A program made the translations under genes and the position numbers. A stretch of 64,000 nt of DNA from Paramecium tetraurelia (lineage: Eukaryota), in contig CT868318.1 of NCBI GenBank assembly GCA_000165425.1, positions 1 to 64,000 of the forward strand, written 5' to 3'. Shown here one piece after another: positions 54,242-64,000 of the stretch; position 1 is the first letter of the stretch, and each line of letters begins with the position of its first letter. Under the pieces are notes generated by a model. It searched no databases. It saw only the letters and a program-made list of their open reading frames with translations, and was not told the DNA's origin.

Positions 54242-54538
54242 TGTATTAATTTATTTTCATTTTATCTGAATCATCAATATCACATAAAAGAATAAAATAT
54301 TAAAATGCTTTTTTAATTACCTTACTATATTTTGTAAAACAACCTAAATTAATTAATTTCACATACAAATATCGATTTGCATTAATAATTAGTCAACTAT
54401 GATAAATTTGGTTCATATTCACTTATGATGAAGAGAACAGAACAAAGATGGACATAGAGTAAAAACAATCAATTATTTATACATAAGTACAAATTAGATA
54501 ATTAAATATAATACATAAAATATTTAAGACGATTTCAA

Positions 54539-57500
54539 TCAAATTAGCAAGCAAGCTATAAATTTTATTGGTCTACTTTACAATTCAGTTTTTTATTGTT
54601 CCTTTTCTTCTTTTTCTTGGTTACATTATGTTTGTAAGGATCTGTTTATAAAATTTAAAACTTGCTTCAAACTAAGTATTGTATCTGCTATGAGGAAAAA
54701 CACGATCACGAATAAAAAGATGATAATGTGAAACCATCCAACAATCAATTTCGTACTATATTAAAAGTTGAATATATCTAAGTCCCAGTAAATTGGTGTA
54801 GTAAGTAAGAAGATTAATAGAGTGGATTATAAAATCAAAGTTTGATAATATTCAAAAGTATTGATAAAAGTTTTTAAGTAAATCCAAGATAGTAAATAAA
54901 GTGAATTAGGTATGCAAATCAAAATAAACTGCAATACATAGTTGCTTTAATAGATAACCAAGGAATACATTATGAAACACTTTTTTAGATTAAGACATAG
55001 CTAAAGCTTATCTCTCCAATATTGTTATGGATTCTAAAATAGAGTTTTACCAGTAAAAAATGATGTTATATATATTAAACTTGCAAACAATGTAGTTAGG
55101 GCAATCATTTGATTGACTACTAAATGATTGAATTATTTAACACTCAATTATAAAAATACCATAAAAAATATGTCCCAGCAACTAGCAGAGAATAATTTGT
55201 TGAGTCCATATTTCCTTATAGAATATTTATTTTTGAATGCTCTAAATTTAAGTTTGTTGTACAATGATGAAAGAAATGCATTATCCTCACAATATCTTTT
55301 TTTTTGAAGTATTGTTAAGCATTTTTCAGCTTTGTATGACATGATGTAGACGATTATAAGAACAACAAAGCTAAAAACTAAACTCTTGATATTTTCTGCT
55401 ATGTTGGCATTGACTTAATAAAATCCAAATTTTTCATTTGATTCGAAATACCGAAACTTATAAAAAGAGGGCAGCTCTTAATAATTAAAAGAATTGTATA
55501 ATGTCCTTAAGGATATGATTTCTGATGCTTCAAAATATATCATTAAATTCTGGGGATATATAATATTGAGATATTTGAAATAAGATTACTCTTAAAGTAT
55601 CTCTAAAGCAGTCCAAAATGCTAATCCATTTCCACTAATTAATAAAAAGCCTGCAAGGGCTCCTAATGAATAGATTGATTTTTCACTATAGGCCAATAAA
55701 TTCTAGGAAATTTCGATGTCCTCTTTACTTAAATAGTTAGGTATTTTGATTTATAAAATTGATATTTGATTTATCAACTTAATGTCATATTCATTATATA
55801 GAGGTTCTAATAATGAAATATTGAGAAAAGGAGGATCATTTAACTCTTAATCAATATAAATTTCAACTGCATAAATAACCCAAGAAAGAGTTGCAGACGC
55901 ATTAGATTTAGGAATGATAGAAATATTATACTTACTTTAATCCATAGAGATAATTGTAGCTGAGATAAAATTGAAGTAGTCCACTTGAGTATCGGATAAC
56001 CTTTTTAGTTATTAAGTGAATTCTATTTGCACATATTAGTATTGGTTCTTTTAGGATACATAATTGGTTAATAATTCTGGGTACTTATAGTAGATGCACT
56101 CTTCATTCTGAATACATATCCAATCTTATTCAATCATACAAACACTTGAACATCCATCCCCCGGATTAGTATTACTGTCATCACATTATTCAGTTTCAGA
56201 TGTTAATATGCCATCACCACATACTGATTAACAAGAAAATGTTGAATTATCGTAATAAAAGTGCAAATTACATTCTTAACACTTTCCTTCTTCACAAATA
56301 GAGCAATACAAAGGACAAGAATATTCACATAAATAACAACCATCGAATTGAATACTATTATTATCGTCACATTATTCATTTTCTTCAACAATCTAATTAC
56401 CGCAATAGGATTAGCATTGACCATTAACTTTTGGCATGCCATTTTTACACTAATCTATACATACTCCTTTTTCACAAGTATTACAAGATTCTTAACATTA
56501 GTAGATACATTAAAAACACCCGTCATAAGGTATATCATTTTTGTCATCACATTCTTCTACTCCAATTGTAACTAGACCATCTCCACAAATTACTAAGCAT
56601 TTGTCATCCGCCAAAGTATAGGTATCAATACATTGTTTGCACATACCGAAATTGCATAATTAACAATTTTAATCGCAAAAACAATTAGGATATTGAAACA
56701 TAGAAATAGCTGATATTCCGCAAATTTCTTAACATTCTCCAGCCAATAAATTGTAGCCTTCTTAACATTCTAGACATATAGCCTAATAACATTAGATGCA
56801 ATTTAAAGAGCATTCTTGATGCCAGACCTCTACTTAATTTATACAATCTATATCATTGAGACATGCTTAAACTAATTACTCCGAAGTCATCCATAAGCAG
56901 TTCTTTGTTGTGATCTAATAATTCCATTCTGAATAACAATATAAACATATTCCCTTTACACAATTTGAACATCCCTCCACACAGTTGTATTAACAATTGT
57001 GGCAACCATCAAAAGGGATTGAGTTTCCATCATCGCACTCTTCAGTTTGTTACACTATTTTGTCTCCGCAAAACTAGGAACATTATTAACTAGGTGAATC
57101 TCCAAATTAACAATCTAAATCATCTTTAAACTTATTACATAAATAAATCCTAAAATCTCTAATTCCAAAAGATTCATCTATAAAATCTTGATCTAAATTA
57201 TTTTTAAACTCGAAAGTAATTAGTTGTTAGGTGTGTCCTAAATTGACATCTCCAATTTCAGAAAGATCATTAAATCTGGTTTGCCCACAAAGACTATAAT
57301 TTCTTAAACCAGAACCAAATTGGAGTAATAGATCCAATTTCATTTCATCATTAACATATAAATAAGAATGCTCAGAATCCCAACTATCAATATAATAATA
57401 TCGAAATCGTATTTTCAACTTAAAATGAGGTGGAAGTATTTACTAGTACTTAACAACGCTATTAATACCGCAAAGACTTGGACCACAAATCATAGGAAGC

Positions 57501-58278
57501 ACTAGTATAATGCTATATTCTCATTTACTTTAACACTCTGATAAATATTATTACTCTCCATTTTCAACATTCCACCCATCATAATTAAAGTTTTGTAGCT
57601 CTGTTTCTGTTAAAGAAGAGACATATAATGTCCATTATAGACAATCAAATCTTGAATCAGTGTCCTAACATAATTGACATCCAGCTGGGCAGAGCTAGAT
57701 AAAAAGTCTGAAATTCTTAATTCCCCAAAACCCCTACATAAGTGCAAAAACTACCTGAATCTGCCCTAACATCGCTATATTTGCTGTAACAATTACTTAT
57801 AAAGTTTCAAAATTATGAAGGATCGTTTGATCTATGGATAAAACATAATCATTTCCTCCACAAATATTTGATCCTGTTGGTAGTAAATTAACTTCTTGCG
57901 AAACAACTTTTAATCCATCTAAATGAACACTAATTGTTTCATTATTTGCCCAATTGGATAGTCTATGATATCGTAGAATAGTGTTACTTCCAAAAGTCCA
58001 ATTTTACTTAAACTATCGAATGTGGTGGAAGAGTAAAAAATTTGGAAATTAGTGTCATATTTCCAAAATTTGAAATCCCACCAAATATTCTATTAGTTCC
58101 GCAATCTTAATATATGTTATTTGATAATCCTTTTGTTATATACCAACCTTTAAAATATAAAATTCAAAGCTATACCATGATTATCTACAAAACTATTCGA
58201 ATCAAATGAACTGGAGAGGAGAATAAGTTACTGAAAAGCTTGCAATTTTAAACAGCAAAGTAAAAAAAATTGGATCAT
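54539..58278 (-). CDS. Cys-rich surface protein with myxococcal-type CGDG/CDD repeats and a multi-TM C-terminus
   Basis: Signal peptide; two LPPH..(D)xW...GI.(N/D)F domains; CGD...EECDDGNSIPFDGC-type repeats; hydrophobic C-terminal helices. Confidence 0.88.
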
Positions 58279-58585
58279 AATTTGGAATTAAAATTTTAGA
58301 AAATTTATTTATTCGTCCAATAAATCGTATTTCTAAATCCTCTTTTGTAATAACAATTGTATTCCATAAGTTTAGGGTATTTCGTTAAAAGAAAATCTAA
58401 ATGGTCTTTAAGATCAGATAAGTGGTATATGATTATAAATTATATAATTCTTAAAAAATAATAATTTAAAAAATCAACAATAATCTAGAGTTAATGAATA
58501 AACTTGAAACTAGTTGAATTGGAATATTATAATTATAGTTAATCATATATTAATTAGATTGAGTATTTACTATTAATTGATGATG

Positions 58586-59566
58586 TCAAATTTATTCTCC
58601 TTCTATTTGTTTAGCATATTTGAAAAATTCATGATTTACAAATTCCTATATAGTAATCCGATTATATTCATCAGCCAGTCCGCCCTCAATTAGATCTTTG
58701 AGGTTTTCAAGTAATTATTTAGGAGTGTGTTCTCTCATTAATTGAGAGTCTACTTTCTGAATGAAATCTAATTGCCAAAACAAATCAGGTTGGTTGATCA
58801 ATAATTGATAATACTAAATCATCCACAGTTGGAAACTAACCCATTATGGGTGGTCTCTTGTACACAGCCAGAAATAGGGCAGTGGTTAAGGCATAAACAT
58901 CTGAGGCAAATAAACAGAATTCGTCATACTCTCCATCAACCACATTAATCCTAAAATTAACAATTTCAGGACTGGAATATGATGTGAGAGTTCTAGGTAA
59001 CCATTTGGACAGCAAGTCTTCGTAGGATGGTCTGTAGCTGAATCCAAAGTCAGCCAATTTGATAACGTTTCTGTCGATCACGAGCATGTTCTCTAATTTG
59101 ATGTCATTGTGTGCTATATATTAGGAATGTAAATATTCGACAGCAATTGAAATTTAAGTAAAGTACTTGATTATAATTTTGAAGGATGTTTCATTTGATT
59201 TGCAGAGAGTATGAAGATCACAGGAAGCATTTTCAAGGAATAAGCTGCAACATTAGAGGTTCCCTCCTGCTGGGTCAAGCTAATGATTGGGAATAAATTA
59301 TTAAGTTTTGATTATGTTTGGATGATTCAGCTAACTGAGTATCTTCCATTCATTCTAGAGATCTTGGCATTCTCTCTAATGAACAGAGTGACAAGCACTG
59401 TCATCTTCCATAAATAGTTAAGCATGGAACACAGATTTTATAACCACAGTCTAGTGAACTAATAATTGAAGAGTACATCTGATTCTCCCAGCTGTCGGTG
59501 TATGTAAGAGTTGTTGCCTTATTGTATTAAATACAAATGATCAGCGATCTAATTGATTTGCTACAT
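58586..59566 (-). CDS. Ser/Thr protein kinase (apparent +1 base at ~58816)
   Basis: VVIK, NEWKILSQLNHPNII, HNDIKLEN, ADFG, YSSPE and SDVYAL; 26-nt intron. Confidence 0.9.
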
Positions 59567-59595
59567 GTATATATTTATATATTATAATTGTTTGT

Positions 59596-59938
59596 TCATT
59601 CTTCCTCCTTTTTTTCTTCTTTTGGTCCTTAAACTACTATCAACAAGAACTCTTTATCTGGTGCCACCATGATCTCATTATTCTTAGACTTAATACGCAA
59701 GAAAGTTAACTCATTGTTTGGATCTAAATCACGAACTGTCGATCTTGTTAATCCATAACAATCTTTAATACTTGGCCTTTGCAGCTAGGGTTGGTATTGT
59801 TCTGGCAATATTTTCTCCCTCCTTGCTTTCTGTTCCATAAGTACTCCTTATTATTTAACCATCGTTATTGCAAATTACTATGCCTTGGACGGACTTGTGA
59901 GTCTTGATTCTATTGATTGTTTCTTCAATATCCGACAT
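59596..59938 (-). CDS. DYNLRB: Dynein light chain roadblock/LC7
   Basis: [21 protein letters not shown]...[37 protein letters not shown]; one intron. Confidence 0.97.
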
Positions 59939-59951
59939 TAATAATAATTAA

Positions 59952-62013
59952 ATGAGAGCAACCTTATTTTAGTAGTTAACAAAAATAAGGGCGGAATCAG
60001 CTAAATCAGGCACGACTCGAAACAAACCTACCCTTGACACCTCAGATCTTCTTCCTAGATCGAGTTTCCACAGAAAAAGAAAGTAAGAGGAACACAACAA
60101 TTCTTTTAATGAATATTCATCCTCATTCAGATTTCCTGATAAGGAAAGATACGAATAGGAAATCAAGTCATTGAAAAGTAACATGCATTCTTTGGAAAAT
60201 GAGAATCTGAGACTCAAAACCAGAATTCATTAGATGGAAGGTATAATTCATCAAATTTGAATTTAGACAACTAACTGAAACAGGAGAAAATCATATAAGA
60301 ATTAGATCGCATCGGTCCTGTCAAAGCTCCTCTGCTTTAGGCATTGAATTTTTCAAGTGCTTAAACTGCCTTAAAAAAAGAAATTCTTAATATAAGGTAA
60401 GAGTTGCAAAAAAAGGACAAGGAGCTTCAAAATTTGAAAAAAACCTAAAGACTCTCTTAAATAACTGAATTGCAAATTGAAAGAGCTGCCTTTTAAGAAG
60501 AAACAATCAGGTTAAGATAATAAATAGATTCGTTATTTAAAGCAAGTTTATATAATCTACAATAGAATAATGTAGAATAAAATATTTAAGAGAGGATATT
60601 TGCATTGGTAGCCTAAATCTAATAACATTTAATTCAACAAAGGGAGTTGGAAAAAGTGATTGATAGGTTAAAAAAAGAATGTCTAAAATATAGGGTATCA
60701 ATTATTAAATTATATAGTCATAATAAATAGATTCAGAATACAGAAACAAAAGAGAAATTAAGAAACTAATTGCCTAATTAAAAGAGGAAACTTCAAACAA
60801 TCAAAAAGAGAACAACAGAGAATTAAAATAAAATCCCACCAAGGCTGATGAATTATAAAATTTAACTGATTTGATGTTTGCAAAATAAGAAATTAAAGCT
60901 AAAGATAGTGAAATAGAAAGATTAAATTAAATCATCTTTGATTTAGAGGTGCAAATCAAAGAAATGCAACTATCTTCAAATTTAGAAGCACAAGACCCCT
61001 AGAATTAATCATAATAATTGGATGCAACTTCTAAATCAAAGCAAGTAAAAATATCCTCCCCTGTCTTTGCAACTGAAATATTACAAGAAATTGCTTTGCC
61101 AATTAAAAAATCAATCGTCATTTAAGAAACACAAGCTGTAAGTAAATAACCTCCAAGAAGAAGAATCATACCTGTAAAATTTGAGGATATCAAAATTATT
61201 GGAGAAACTCTTAAGTATAGATTAATGGCAATGGACATTGGTATTTAATAAATAGATGAGTATTTATATGAAGGAGAATCTATGACGATCAAAGAGTTAA
61301 AAGATAAACTACGATTATACCCTTTTAACTTGGCTAAGGATGAAAGCCTAATATTGGCAAGATATATAATGGAAGGAGAAAATGATATTTATGAATTAGA
61401 AGATGTGGCTTAGAATCCAGCTCCATATATTCGCTCCGTTTTTAGGAAAATATTGTTTAATTATAAATTGGAAATTGTAAAAAGCTAATTCGAATATTCA
61501 GAGAAAATAAAGGATGTATTAACCAGATTCAAACCTTTCATAATCAGTAACATAAAATAATTGTATGGAAAAGATTGCATTAGAGTTAGTAAGAGTTAAT
61601 TTATTGATGCATTGACTTCATTAAACATTGAATTGAACTAATTTGAGATTGACTATTTGATTGTATAAGGAATATTGGAAAGTCGCAGTGTGGAATCATT
61701 AAATTATGAAGAAATGTTGAAATATGAACCAATTAAAATAGAAGATTAACAACTTTCCTTTTTGTTGACTGAAATCGCTAATGAAAATAAGTAAAAGGCT
61801 GAAATGTCTGTGATAATGGAATGCCCAGAGAAAGTGTCAGAAATCGAATAATAAGAATAAGCTAATGATAGCAATGCTAATTTTAATGAAGAGTAATAGT
61901 TAGATATTGACAATTAATATATCACTGTAGATTAATATGTAAAGTAGCAATTTGATTCAGAAAATGAAAAATTCAAATAAGAGTCATCATCAGATTATAA
62001 TTTAGACTAGTGA
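59952..62013 (+). CDS. Long coiled-coil protein with a possible degenerate EF-hand C-terminal region, hypothetical
   Basis: DKERYEQEIKSLK...ENENLRLKTRI heptads; tiny introns; TGA at 62011. Confidence 0.72.
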
Positions 62014-62072
62014 ACAAAAAGTTTATTTATTTGATATTAAAGTACTAATAAAATTTATTTGTTAAATAAAAA

Positions 62073-62498
62073 ATGAGCTTTAGAGTAGAAGAGTCTCCTC
62101 AATTTAAGGAAGAAGAGTTAAATCTATCCAAAATTTACTAATACAGAGAATCTCATTTCTCTGGTTTCTCTTTCCCAAGCAGCGTCAGACATTAAAAAAG
62201 ATAGACTTTTTAGGCTTCTGTAGAAACCAAGACCCCAACTCCTAATTAAACCAATATTGAAAATTCTCCATGTGAACTAAGCTATGAAATCGAAAGAATG
62301 GTAAAAGAAAGAGAACAATTATTCACGGATGTGCAATTTTATGAACCTAAGGTTACCTTTAATGTAGATGAATCACCACAAAGAATAAGAATCCAAAGAA
62401 ATAGTGCTCCCATGCCCAATACTTAATTATATCACTTAAACCAATAAATAATAGATGCCGAGCATACTTATAATTAGTACTGCTATTAATTAATATGA
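62073..62498 (+). CDS. Small hypothetical protein (141 aa)
   Basis: Clean 426-nt code-6 ORF MSFRVEESPQF...RNSAPMPN. Confidence 0.7.
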
Positions 62499-62574
62499 TT
62501 ATATTGACAATTATTATTATAAAATTTTTTGGAATCTAATTAAAGATCGTTTAGATTTTATTTGAAATATAGTA

Positions 62575-63671
62575 TCAATTATTGTCATTATACTCCTAAT
62601 GCAACAGGGAAGCTCTGGAAACTTATTAAGTTAAGTCGATTCTAGCTTAACTCAGTTCAGATGCCTATTTTATAATAATAAAGGAATTACTAATTTACTG
62701 CCATTCTATAATGATGAATAATCAAGTAGATTGCTATACATCCCTACAGCCATTGTCGTTAATCTTTTAAAACTTCCCATCATTTTTTTCTTACTTTCTT
62801 AACTAGTAAAATTACTGCAGAGACTATTAGATGATTATGGTTTCTGCTATGTATATGATGATTATCTCATTGGAGTATCAAAATCTTTATGAGTGTTAAA
62901 GCTGGCTTATCTTTGTCCTTGAGGACTTGTAAGCTAATTTAAAGGATTGGCAAACATTGCTCCGTCTCCTTTTAGATTTTCTATTTCTTCTCTCAATTGC
63001 TAAATAGTTTGTTCTTGTCTCCTATGGTCTTCTTTCATTTTCATCATTGATTAATGGATTGTAGACTATGTTTCATTTTATTTCTAAAGTTAACAATTTA
63101 ATTCTTAAATTATCTTGGTTTTCTCTAGCAATTTTTTGTGTAATTATTTCTTCTCTCTTTCGAAGGCATCCCTCAAAAGAACATCTGAATTTTTTTATAA
63201 AGCCTAAATTTAGCTCAAAAGCTACTGTTCTAAATTAATTGAGATTATTGCTTTACCTTAATTCTTGAGTTATGAGTTTTATTCTTACAACTCACTCATT
63301 TGCATTTCAACATGATGTAATTATTTCAATGCATGATCGCAATGCTCTTTCATTTCAACATAGTTTTGAACTTCCATTTCCAATTAAGCCTTGCTTAATT
63401 GCAGATCCTCCATTTCTCTATTTTTTTAAGTTAACTCTTCTTAATACTAAAATATCACAGCGCATAATTTATCAATTTGTTCTTCTACATATAAGACTCA
63501 CGTACCTTTTTAATTTAATTCCTAATCTTTTTCTTATAGTTTCATTTGCATAGCCTCAATTTACGCTTAGAGTGTTTTTTCTGGTTTCATCTCAGAAATA
63601 CCTCCTTTGTTAATCATATCTAGTAAGATTTATTTCTTTCTAGGATCTGGATGAAGAGTTTATTATTTCAT
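62575..63671 (-). CDS. Hypothetical coiled-coil protein
   Basis: MKQQTLHPDPRKKQILL...; E/Q/K heptads; tiny introns. Confidence 0.7.
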
Positions 63672-64000
63672 AATTAATTTATGCTTAATTTATTATTAAA
63701 ATAGTGTAGCTTTCCACAAATAAACGAGGTAAACTATTAAAAAGTAATACAATCAAAATAAAAATACTGAGTTTATTACTATTTATAATTGAAATATACA
63801 AATTAAAATATAGGTCTTATTTTACATGTAATTTGCTCAGTTTCATTAAATATTGGACAAAACTCAATGTCATTCCTTAGTGCCATGTCATTTAATTGAA
63901 ATTATGATTATTATATTACAAATTGACAATTTTATTAGAGAAATTGATTAATTAAATTTTCTATTTAGTATAATGAAACGTTATGATTGGATTCACTTGG

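Noticed and set aside
272..63553. Most short standard-code ORFs taken as independent genes
   Set aside because: They are fragments cut at TAA/TAG (Gln), or off-frame and antisense shadows of code-6 genes.
1..64000. Telomeric repeats, rRNA, tRNA or transposons
   Set aside because: No C4A2/C3A3 tracts, GC-rich structured RNA genes or transposase motifs were seen by eye; small ncRNAs cannot be excluded without a covariance-model search.

Overview
AT-rich, very gene-dense ciliate macronuclear DNA, most consistent with Paramecium. TAA/TAG encode Gln (e.g. H2B REI[TAA]TAV), TGA is the only stop, and genes carry tiny ~20-31 nt GT-AG introns, so the supplied standard-code ORF track is fragmented and I re-translated by eye with code 6. 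About 35 protein genes are supported, including histone H2B, an Na+/H+ exchanger, PP2C, an IQ-MORN protein, a PZP/PHD chromatin reader, two tandem trichocyst-matrix-like genes, proteasome beta5, a Dpy-30/GAF-like protein, a WD40 protein, a TTLL, a GPR180/TMEM145-like protein, NudC, Tim17, an ePHD protein, a Cys-rich surface protein, a kinase and roadblock/LC7. A decayed pseudogene tract lies at ~3.6-9.8 kb. The most interesting candidates are: (1) a single-chain cytochrome b561-cytochrome b5-FNR transmembrane redox protein; (2) a 70-aa CaaX microprotein resembling a G-gamma subunit; (3) a TTLL ligase with an N-terminal signal anchor; (4) a tandem E2F-like winged helix fused to FHA; (5) a 2TM-HAMP receptor-like protein with no output domain; (6) a catalytically dead S10 carboxypeptidase; (7) overlapping or abutting stop codons; (8) four +1 frameshifts in otherwise intact genes. 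Family calls come from motif recognition only; no searches were run.
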